From a virus (taxonomy: Duplodnaviria > Caudoviricetes), in IMG/VR virus record IMGVR_UViG_3300005914_000010, positions 1-54,041 of that record: 54,041 nt of DNA. One strand, given 5' to 3'. The position numbers and the translations under genes were made by a program. Positions 1 to 7,965 of the stretch are shown here, piece by piece. Each line of letters opens with the position of its first letter. Position 1 is the first letter of the stretch. The notes beneath the pieces are model-generated. The model was not told the origin of the DNA. It saw nothing but the letters and a program-made list of their open reading frames with translations, and ran no database searches.

Positions 1-32
1 TTAGGCTGAATAGACACACACAAAGAGAAACT

Positions 33-296
33 AAAATGAGTAAATTATCAAATTTCGAGAGAGAAAAAAGATACGTAGTTATAAAGCTAAAACACTTGAA
101 TGAAAAAGAAATTTTAAGTTTAGAGGGAAAGCTTGAGGCATTGAAAATACGAACAGTTGATTGTGTTGTTTACGAGTCGAAATGGCCTTGTGTTGATGCA
201 GTTTGGAAAATGGTGAAAAATTTAAGTGAAGGAAATTTCTTTAATCCTTTCGACAGGATTGCAGAGATTGAGGCTGAGAAAATGAGTAAATTATCA
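33..296 (+). repeat. 18-bp direct repeat AAAATGAGTAAATTATCA at 33-50 and 279-296
   Basis: exact match read from the sequence; both copies are followed shortly by GAGAGAGAAA. Confidence 0.85.
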
Positions 297-494
297 GAGT
301 TGAGAGAGAAACACGAATGCCAAGATCTTAAGATAATAGCAGATACAAATGGGCCATTCATAATTAATATTAAAGTTGAAATATTAAGTGAAGTCGTAGT
401 AGAATCCAAATCAATTGAATTCATAGAGGGTTACCTTGAAGGTTTCGAAGCAGCTGTAAATAGCATGTTACCTGCCCAGTGGGAAGGCGAATGA
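36..494 (+). CDS. hypothetical protein, probably two fused small ORFs (second start at 282)
   Basis: ORF track; MSKLS occurs twice, encoded by an exact 18-bp duplication. Confidence 0.65.
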   Translation: MSKLSNFEREKRYVVIKLKHLNEKEILSLEGKLEALKIRTVDCVVYESKWPCVDAVWKMVKNLSEGNFFNPFDRIAEIEAEKMSKLSELREKHECQDLKIIADTNGPFIINIKVEILSEVVVESKSIEFIEGYLEGFEAAVNSMLPAQWEGE

Positions 495-667
495 AAGAAC
501 TAGTGTAGGAAGAGATAGAGAGGGGTAAGTTAGTTGTAAATTTAGTTAAAAAATTTTTTAGGTGGGCAAGTAGGGAGAGGGCCTGATAATGGATGTTGGA
601 AGAACAAAGTATCTTTTAATGAATTCCATGGACAATAACGTCCTAACCCACGATCGAGGAGATCAAC

Positions 668-1261
668 ATGACTAACACAACTACCTTCCTTATGAATAGC
701 GTTACAATGACTGAATTACAACATGCATTCGTTACTAGATGCTTAGCTAATAACATGATTAAGACTGTTATCACTGGTCAAGACCCTGTGTACACTAAGC
801 GCCTTGTTGATGTGTGTAGCGAGATAATACGCGATAACTTCCAAGACTATGCATTATTCGAGTGTGAAGAGGATAGTTACGAGAAGAATATAGATATTGA
901 CTATCTAGAAGATCATCAAGTAGAAGCGATGTATATTGGGTATGCTATGACTAAAGAAGAGTTCTTAGTTAAGTATACTAACTGTTTTGTACCAGAGAAC
1001 CCACCACAACCAACGGAGAATACCATGACTGAGAGAACTATGATGGAAATAACAACACCTAAGACTATAGCAGAGTTGAAAGAGATTGATGATAGAATGG
1101 GCTTTGGTAATCTTCAGGATAGCGACCTGATTGACCTCCAAGGTATAATGATAGCTAATATAGATAGTGAGACATGGGAGCACACTGACGAGTTACAAGA
1201 GCTGTTTGACAAAATACAGGATATAATTAACCTTAAATTCAACTCAGTAGAAGGGGCGTAA
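668..1261 (+). CDS. early acidic hypothetical protein
   Basis: GAGGAG SD before the ATG; second in-frame GGAG+ATG at 1025. Confidence 0.75.
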   Translation: MTNTTTFLMNSVTMTELQHAFVTRCLANNMIKTVITGQDPVYTKRLVDVCSEIIRDNFQDYALFECEEDSYEKNIDIDYLEDHQVEAMYIGYAMTKEEFLVKYTNCFVPENPPQPTENTMTERTMMEITTPKTIAELKEIDDRMGFGNLQDSDLIDLQGIMIANIDSETWEHTDELQELFDKIQDIINLKFNSVEGA

Positions 1262-1263
1262 TC

Positions 1264-3393
1264 ATGACTAACTTAACCACAACCACAACATCTCGTGAAT
1301 TAACAACTATGTTCAAGTTTAAAGCAGAACAGGTATTAGATGAGTCTAAGATAATAGTTCAGAACATCGAGCATAAGTCAGCTGGCTTCATTGCTAAGCG
1401 TCTAGTAGCTGTTCTTGAGAAGAAAGGTCACCTAACACAGTTCGACCCAGAGGATATGAGTAATGAATACTTATATAGATGCGACTTTGATGTGAGAACT
1501 ATCGCCATGCTAGGTGTGCAGCTTAGTGGATTAATAGTCCACATAGATAAGCCTATGGATATTGATAAGATAGCAGATGGTACATTCGCTTATAAGATGT
1601 TCAGGAACATAGCGAGAGCTAACCGCACTATAGATGGAGTCTTTGATGAATGTTATGATAACAAGGCACATTGGGTTACTAAGGTTAGAAGAGGCCTGAA
1701 GTTAGCTATTGATGCCAATCTACTAGATGAAGAAGACGGCATGATAGTTAGATCTAAAGCCTACATATCAGGATGCATTAGTAGAAGAAGCATAGTACAT
1801 CAGACTTCACCTATCACTGACGACACTCGTCGTAAGGAACGTGTTAAGAACAAGATGCAGCCTCGTAAAGATGGCACATCTAGTAAGGTAAGAGAAGCTT
1901 TAGCTTTCATAGAAAGCCAAGGACAATCAGTAAACGTTAATCTACTAAATGTAGTGCAACAGTTTATGAAAGATAGTGTTGAATGTAACATACCTTATCC
2001 TGATGTTATACAAGACTCGCTACATGTTATTGAAGGGTGTCAAGAGCTGAGGAATGAGAATGTACTATATTCTGAGTACTTCCAAGACCTTAGAGGTAGA
2101 ATGTATCAGTTCGCACATGGTGGACCTAACCCACAATCTAGTGACTTAGCAAGAGCATTGTGTTACCATGTAGAGTCTAATATAGTACATAAGACTGATA
2201 CAGCATGTTATAGCTTATTCATGAATGAGATGACTAACGAGATAGCGAAGTGTGATTACGCTATGTTACCTCAAGTGATAACTTGGGTAGCTGAGAATCC
2301 ACTAGATGCTATAAAAGAATATTACCGTGTAGGTAGTGACCTTGGTGGAGTTAAGAAGTTCTGGACTTACTTGACACTATGTCAGGACTGGTTGAACTTC
2401 GAGACACAAGGCTTCACTGATTGTAGAATAGGCTTTGGGCCAGATGCTAAATGTTCAGGTGCACAGATACTAGCTATACTCGCTGGTTGTGAGACTATGG
2501 GAAAAGCTTGTGGATTGACTGATCAGGACAGAGGAGATGATCCATATGAGTTATCAACACAAGAAATAGTAAGATTACAACAGAGTTCTACTAGAGCTGA
2601 GTTCCGTGGAGCGTTGTTGCTAATGAGGGAAGAGATTAAGACTTGCTTTATGGCGATACAGTATGGTGGTGGTAGTGGAGTGTTAGCTGGTAGTAACGAG
2701 TTCATAATAGCAATGAACAGAATAGGTATTCCTAACCATATGAGAGATGAGTTCTGTAAGAAGATAGTTAAGAGAGGTATAATCAATGCCCTTGGTCCAA
2801 AGATCAATGCCCTGATAGAAGGTATGCAGGCAGCAGCAAAGCAGATGCAAGAAATGACTGGTAAAGACTACTTTGAGTATAAACATGTTGATGGCAACAC
2901 TTGCACTAAACGTGGTGAAGCTCAAGTTAGAATGACTGATAACCACTTCAAGATTAACTTTGGTGAAAGAGATAACGCTATTATCTTCGGAGCAACAGAA
3001 GAGAGTAGGGCAGGAGATACAGGTTGGAAGGTACAATCGCAGACTATAGATACTCTACAAAGAGCTAACTTTAGTTACTACTTCCCTGTTCACTTCATTC
3101 AAGGCCTTGATAGTGTTATAGCTAGAGAGATAGCTCTACAGGTTAAATCGAGAGGACTGAAAGGGTTTACTACGATTCATGACCAGTTTAGAGTATGCTT
3201 GAGAGATGCTCCTATAATGATGGAAGCGGTAGCAGATGCTTACAGAGTAGTATTCATACAGAATAACCCTATCAAGAAGCTTCAAGAACAAATGAGGGGA
3301 ATAGTGATAGAGACATTAAACCCACTTGAAGATACACTTCAGATAGTAACTGAGGCAGTACTTACTTCAGATAAAGCTTACTACTTCGAGTAG
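1264..3393 (+). CDS. single-subunit (T7/Chaseviridae-type) DNA-directed RNA polymerase, 709 aa
   Basis: motifs FQDLRGRMY (DxRGRxY), A DAKCSGAQ, B RxxxKxxxMxxxYGG, C IHDQF; aromatic C-terminus YYFE. Confidence 0.95.
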   Translation: MTNLTTTTTSRELTTMFKFKAEQVLDESKIIVQNIEHKSAGFIAKRLVAVLEKKGHLTQFDPEDMSNEYLYRCDFDVRTIAMLGVQLSGLIVHIDKPMDIDKIADGTFAYKMFRNIARANRTIDGVFDECYDNKAHWVTKVRRGLKLAIDANLLDEEDGMIVRSKAYISGCISRRSIVHQTSPITDDTRRKERVKNKMQPRKDGTSSKVREALAFIESQGQSVNVNLLNVVQQFMKDSVECNIPYPDVIQDSLHVIEGCQELRNENVLYSEYFQDLRGRMYQFAHGGPNPQSSDLARALCYHVESNIVHKTDTACYSLFMNEMTNEIAKCDYAMLPQVITWVAENPLDAIKEYYRVGSDLGGVKKFWTYLTLCQDWLNFETQGFTDCRIGFGPDAKCSGAQILAILAGCETMGKACGLTDQDRGDDPYELSTQEIVRLQQSSTRAEFRGALLLMREEIKTCFMAIQYGGGSGVLAGSNEFIIAMNRIGIPNHMRDEFCKKIVKRGIINALGPKINALIEGMQAAAKQMQEMTGKDYFEYKHVDGNTCTKRGEAQVRMTDNHFKINFGERDNAIIFGATEESRAGDTGWKVQSQTIDTLQRANFSYYFPVHFIQGLDSVIAREIALQVKSRGLKGFTTIHDQFRVCLRDAPIMMEAVADAYRVVFIQNNPIKKLQEQMRGIVIETLNPLEDTLQIVTEAVLTSDKAYYFE

Positions 3394-3443
3394 GCTCTTT
3401 TACAGCATCTTCTAACGAGGGTGCTGAATAAAGAGTAAGCCTA
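3391..3443 (+). promoter_or_regulatory. long imperfect hairpin, candidate RNase III processing site
   Basis: TAGGC..CAGCATCTTC-TAAC-GAGGGTGCTG..GCCTA; same size and apex as the hairpins at 6999 and 7657. Confidence 0.55.
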
Positions 3444-3449
3444 ATAACT

Positions 3450-3860
3450 ATAACACGCGGGCACACTTATACGGGCTACGCACTAAGAGTCAGACAAGCT
3501 GACCAAAAGGCCGAACCGATTGGTAGACTACCGTCCACCGAAAGGTCTAGGTTTCTCCCATTGTTACTATATGCTGGAATTAGTGATTGGTACTATGTAC
3601 TGGTTTCAATCCATATTGTAATACCCATGTTATGGCCAGCAAGCTGTCCGAAAGGAAATCTAGGGATGTGCTTATTGTAACAGTTCACGTTTAGTGACAT
3701 TACACTCGTAAGTAATCTTCCATCCTGCGAGTAACTTCCCATGGTTAGGTCATACTTAGTTAGTAGGTTAGGCCACTATAGTCACACCCAGAATGAACAT
3801 TGTTTGGCTAAACCTTATAAGTTGGCAATGGAGCCACGGGTATGAATAGTGTCTACTAAT
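3450..3860 (+). ncRNA. candidate large structured non-coding RNA
   Basis: no ORF; closing helix 3519-3528/3851-3860, two CC-GAAA-GG tetraloop hairpins, nested helices, possible pseudoknot. Confidence 0.45.
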
Positions 3861-4429
3861 TAAGTATGTCATGGGGTTACGTAATCATATGTATATTAAC
3901 TTGGCCCTAAGCGTGTATAACTAGGAAGTAGCAGATTCGATTGCTAAACACCTACACATTAGTATGTCATGTGGTTACACCATTATTTATTCATAGCATA
4001 TCATTGAGGACGAACTTGTTCGATCCGATATTAAGAGTAGAAACAAATAAAGTTCTATTCTTTAACCTACACGGTTGGTGACTCTTTGAGTATGTAATGG
4101 TGTAACAATTAACTGGAGAACCAGAATGAAGATAATAAATATTGTGGTGACGAAGATTAGTATGTCATAGGGTTACAGCGTTGAGTCGCAGACTCCCTAT
4201 GTCTTACTTTGGGTTGGCTTGTTAGTCTGAAAGAATAAGTTGGAGCAGAGCGACCCACGTACAAACTGTCAGAGAGCCATACCCACCATGAACTTGTGAT
4301 AGTATGTCCCATGGTAACAATAAAGTATGTAATATTGTCATGACACAGACCGATTAGTAACAACCTATTATATGTACTAGGGTTACGCTTTAAGTATGTC
4401 ATGGGTTATGTACCATAACATGGGGTAAC
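3861..4429 (+). repeat. cluster of ~9 copies of the 20-bp motif wwAGTATGTCATrGGGTwAC
   Basis: copies start at 3861, 3959, 4087, 4157, 4299, 4322, 4367, 4391, 4410; irregular spacing. Confidence 0.85.
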
Positions 4430-4494
4430 CTTATATTAGTTCACTTTTAAGTTATATGCTCTTTACATTTACTTAACAACCACAGGTAGAAATC

Positions 4495-4650
4495 ATGTCA
4501 AATATAACGAATAGTTTATGCTTCAAAGCTGAATGGATTAGCCCAGTCACTGGGAAGAAAGTAACAGCTTTACACTTCTCTAGTTTTACTGATCCAATTA
4601 GAGAGATACACAACAGACCTAAATTTGTAACCGTAAGGAAACGCTTCTAA
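4495..4650 (+). CDS. small hypothetical protein (51 aa, MSNITNSLCFKAEW...), not in ORF track
   Basis: AGGT SD; its stop overlaps the next start (TAATG). Confidence 0.6.
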   Translation: MSNITNSLCFKAEWISPVTGKKVTALHFSSFTDPIREIHNRPKFVTVRKRF

Positions 4651-5060
4651 TGGAAGAATTCAGAATAGCAATTGTTGGTGGTAGAGATTTCAATGATTAC
4701 AATAGGCTGAAGAAGCTTGTGGCAAATCTATTGAGAAACAAAGCGGAAACACATAAGATCATAATTGTATGTGGAATGGCAAAAGGCGCTGATCTACTAG
4801 GTAAACAATTTGGTAACGAATGTGGCTACACTGTTGAAGAGTACCATGCTAAGTGGGAAGACTTAAATACGAGACCATTACGAATTAAAACTAATCTAAA
4901 TGGACAATATAATGCTCTAGCTGGACATAATCGTAACGCTGAAATGCGAGCAGCAGCAGACGCTGTTATAGCTTTCTGGGATGGCAAGTCAAGAGGCACT
5001 AGGGAAATGATTAATGCTTGCAAGAGTGAATCTATAACATTACGAGTTTATAATTATTAA
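4650..5060 (+). CDS. SLOG-superfamily (YspA/DUF2493-like) protein
   Basis: IVGGRDFNDY, CGMAKGAD, AGHNRNAEM, AFWDGKSRGT motifs. Confidence 0.85.
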   Translation: MEEFRIAIVGGRDFNDYNRLKKLVANLLRNKAETHKIIIVCGMAKGADLLGKQFGNECGYTVEEYHAKWEDLNTRPLRIKTNLNGQYNALAGHNRNAEMRAAADAVIAFWDGKSRGTREMINACKSESITLRVYNY

Positions 5061-5072
5061 CAGGAGAACCTT

Positions 5073-5516
5073 GTGACAATAGGTACACAAGACATGAAAG
5101 ACGTTGTAGCCCGAGCATTCAAAAAAGGTGTGATCGAAGGTAAGAGGTTGGCAACAATAGAGAAAGACTGTAGAGAGATAAGAATCATGACTAAATTAAA
5201 ACATTATAAGAACGAAGCTGGTGATTCAGTGAGTGAGTACGGGCCCTTTATATTCAATCAAGGCGACGAAGAACTCGAGAGTCTGAAATGGGGATTCGGG
5301 GATGGTTACGAACCAGATATACTATGTACAAATGTCTATTCTTTCTTAGGATGTTGTTTCCATTTGATGCAACAATGTGGTGGTAATCTTTATTACCAAG
5401 GCAAAGAAGTTAGAGCAGTGAATATAGAAGATACATGTGGCGCTGAACTCCAAGAAGAGTGTGAGATAAAGTTCGGTGAAATGAAATTAAAGATAAGCGA
5501 ACTACTTAACAGGTGA
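5073..5516 (+). CDS. hypothetical protein
   Basis: AGGAG SD with GTG start. Confidence 0.7.
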   Translation: MTIGTQDMKDVVARAFKKGVIEGKRLATIEKDCREIRIMTKLKHYKNEAGDSVSEYGPFIFNQGDEELESLKWGFGDGYEPDILCTNVYSFLGCCFHLMQQCGGNLYYQGKEVRAVNIEDTCGAELQEECEIKFGEMKLKISELLNR

Positions 5517-5776
5517 ACCTAATGCCAAGAGATAAAAATTTTAAAATTGAAATAAACAAAATTGTAACAAAGAAGACGTCTCTAAAGGAAATAAAAATTG
5601 GAGACGTATTCGAACGAGAGGGTTCATTACATATGCGTACTCGAGTAAATGATTCCAACGAAGAGTATCTCATATGGGTGGTGAACTTGAACACTGGCAA
5701 TACATGGAGAACTGATGCTAACCAAAGTGTAATAGTAGTGAATAATGTGTTAATTAAATACGACAAAGAAGTCTAG
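5513..5776 (+). CDS. hypothetical protein
   Basis: ORF overlapping the upstream stop. Confidence 0.65.
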   Translation: MNLMPRDKNFKIEINKIVTKKTSLKEIKIGDVFEREGSLHMRTRVNDSNEEYLIWVVNLNTGNTWRTDANQSVIVVNNVLIKYDKEV

Positions 5777-6281
5777 CAAAGTTGGTAAAATAATTTGAAG
5801 ACTGTAAGTAACAAAAAGTAGCAAAGCTACTCAAAAAGAAATTGAAGAGATGACAGAAGTAGTGTTCCTACATCTCTTAAAAGGGCAGGCATGGCTCCTC
5901 TGAAAACAAACCATGTACGAATTCGCTGTGCAGACCCGAGGTCAGGCGGCAATCATGGATAGTCTACTACATGTAAAACTAGATCGCGCTTTTAATATCT
6001 GCGTAAAATATTAATCATCGTTAAGGTGCGATGTTAAATAAATCCCCAACCCTTAGTCTAGCTGGTTTAAAATCAAGACTCGTGTCGCGGTGGGCGTTAC
6101 GTTAAGCAACATCCCACCAACATATAGCTATATATGATTGCAAGTGATTTCTATATCTAGGGAGATAACCCTATACTGTGGTATCACAAAGTCATGAACT
6201 CAGAGAATGACAAATAGCTTAATCAATTTAATTAATTTAAACAAACTTAACTAATAGAACTTAATTGTTCGGAGAAATACC

Positions 6282-6722
6282 ATGTCAAACAAGAAAGCAG
6301 TATTAAGTACTCCAGTAATCGCAGTAGAAACTGTAGCTGGTGAAGCAACTATAACACCTGTGGAAGCAACTGTTGCAGTTAAAACACAGCTGCCAAATGG
6401 CACACGTGGCGAAGCAGTATTCGCAACACAGCTTACTTCGTTAAACCGTCGTAACGAGAAAGACCCTCATTTCTTTGGTAGTGTAAAGATCGAAGGTTTA
6501 TGGTACCAATTGGCCACTTGGATTAACATTGCTAACAATGTTCAGAACTTGTCTACAGCATATGCACTTATGACTGAAGAGCAAGCTATCAGAGCCGAGA
6601 TTCGAGAAGAAGAGTTTCAGAAACAGCGTGCTGTTAGAGCTAACCCTCTCAGCATGCCACCTGTTAACCCTCTTGCAGAAGAAGGTGATAAGCCAGATCC
6701 AAACCCTGATTCACCTCTATAA
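6282..6722 (+). CDS. hypothetical protein
   Basis: GGAG SD; Pro/acidic tail. Confidence 0.8.
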   Translation: MSNKKAVLSTPVIAVETVAGEATITPVEATVAVKTQLPNGTRGEAVFATQLTSLNRRNEKDPHFFGSVKIEGLWYQLATWINIANNVQNLSTAYALMTEEQAIRAEIREEEFQKQRAVRANPLSMPPVNPLAEEGDKPDPNPDSPL

Positions 6723-7000
6723 TGACTAATGAAGTGATTGGAGGCCTAGTACTACTAGGTCTCGCATTGATTGTTATCGCTAAGTTCTTCCTCATTGTTA
6801 ACAAAGAGGGCGAATACAGAGTGAGAATGGCTAACTCCATTGAAGATACTCCTATAGTTAGAGGTCAGCTACGCACAGCGTCTTGGTCTTGGTCAACTGG
6901 ATGGATTATTAGAGTGAAATGCTTTGATGGTACTAATGTATGGATTAGAGTTAAACCAGATGATGTGCGCAACTGTGCCAAGAAACGAAGTAATTTCTGA
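6722..7000 (+). CDS. hypothetical membrane-anchored protein
   Basis: N-terminal hydrophobic helix; TAATG coupling. Confidence 0.75.
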   Translation: MTNEVIGGLVLLGLALIVIAKFFLIVNKEGEYRVRMANSIEDTPIVRGQLRTASWSWSTGWIIRVKCFDGTNVWIRVKPDDVRNCAKKRSNF

Positions 7001-7049
7001 TTGCTGTTGCTAATAGGTATTCAGAACGAGTACCTATTGTTAAACAATC
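6999..7049 (+). promoter_or_regulatory. long hairpin, candidate RNase III processing site
   Basis: AATAGGTATTC-AGAAC-GAGTACCTATT closed by GATTG/CAATC. Confidence 0.55.
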
Positions 7050-7074
7050 AACATAACACAACTAAGGAAGAAAA

Positions 7075-7230
7075 TTGACTAACTTAAAATTAACAGAAAA
7101 GCAAAAAGAGTTCCTTGCCTCTAAAAGTAAACTATCTTCTGGTAGTAATAATTTGAGATTCAAAGGAACAATAAAAACAAACTTCTATCTGAGGTCCTGT
7201 AGTGAACAATGCGCTGGAGCATTAGAATGA
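7075..7230 (+). CDS. small hypothetical protein (51 aa, TTG start), not in ORF track
   Basis: TAAGGA SD; its stop overlaps ATG 7227 (ATGA). Confidence 0.5.
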   Translation: MTNLKLTEKQKEFLASKSKLSSGSNNLRFKGTIKTNFYLRSCSEQCAGALE

Positions 7231-7544
7231 TTATGCGAAGACTGAAATTAGAAGCTAAACTATTGATTGCAGTAGCAACGATGTTATTGTTAACATTTTG
7301 CACTCAGCCAGCAGTGGCGGGATTAAAAGAAAATGCTCATTATCCTTCTTTAATTGATGCAAGAAGAGACGCTGTACGAATAGCTAATATAGTGTGTGCA
7401 GAACACAAGGAAAAAGAGGCTATTTACACTGCTTGTAAGAGAAGAGTATTAATGAATGACTATTCTTATTTGAGGACTAGCGAGGGGTATCTAGCGTGGC
7501 GGAGTATCACAAACTCTGAATCGGAAGCACGCGATACAAATTGA
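7227..7544 (+). CDS. hypothetical secreted/periplasmic protein
   Basis: GGAG SD before ATG 7227; signal-peptide-like N-terminus ending AVA. Confidence 0.65.
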   Translation: MIMRRLKLEAKLLIAVATMLLLTFCTQPAVAGLKENAHYPSLIDARRDAVRIANIVCAEHKEKEAIYTACKRRVLMNDYSYLRTSEGYLAWRSITNSESEARDTN

Positions 7545-7656
7545 CTGATGTTAGGGGTTAAACGAACCGCGAGCTTGAGGAGCACGTAAGGGCGTAGACG
7601 ACTGGTATACTCAATAGAGACCAGTTCCCCAAAATCGTCATAGAGACTCAAAAAGA

Positions 7657-7709
7657 ACAGAGATTTGTATTAACCCATTTTAACGAGTGGGTTAATCCGA
7701 CAATACTGT
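7657..7709 (+). promoter_or_regulatory. long hairpin, candidate RNase III processing site
   Basis: ATTAACCCATTT-TAAC-GAGTGGGTTAAT closed by ACAG/CTGT. Confidence 0.55.
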
Positions 7710-7733
7710 CTTAACACCTTCAAGGTGAATAAA

Positions 7734-7934
7734 ATGAATATGAACATAGCAGCAACAGCAGCAGAAATGGGTATAACTACGAAAGTAGTGGAAAATGCCC
7801 AAGCAATGGGTATAGAAACACACAACATACCGTGCGCTTTCAACAACCCAAAATCAGCTGAGAATTTAAAAGCAGCTAAAATGAACCGTGGAATGACTAA
7901 GATACAGAATTTTATTAGTCGCTTCGAACCTTAA
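7734..7934 (+). CDS. hypothetical protein
   Basis: AAGGTG SD before ATG 7734. Confidence 0.65.
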   Translation: MNMNIAATAAEMGITTKVVENAQAMGIETHNIPCAFNNPKSAENLKAAKMNRGMTKIQNFISRFEP

Positions 7935-7965
7935 CAATAAAATATTAGTACTGAGGAGTATTATT

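Noticed and set aside
530-660. Sigma70 promoter ahead of the early operon
   Set aside because: GATAAT is present but there is no convincing -35 element at the correct spacing
3481-3510. Hammerhead ribozyme around the GTCAG/CTGAC hairpin
   Set aside because: Core reads CTAAGA...CAAA rather than CTGANGA...GAAA
3865-3930. Pistol ribozyme (GCCCTAAGCG resembles the core)
   Set aside because: Could not build P2/P3 or find the conserved AAA linker and GU cleavage site
3861-4429. CRISPR array
   Set aside because: Repeats are short and degenerate with highly irregular spacing (19-142 nt), and there are no cas genes
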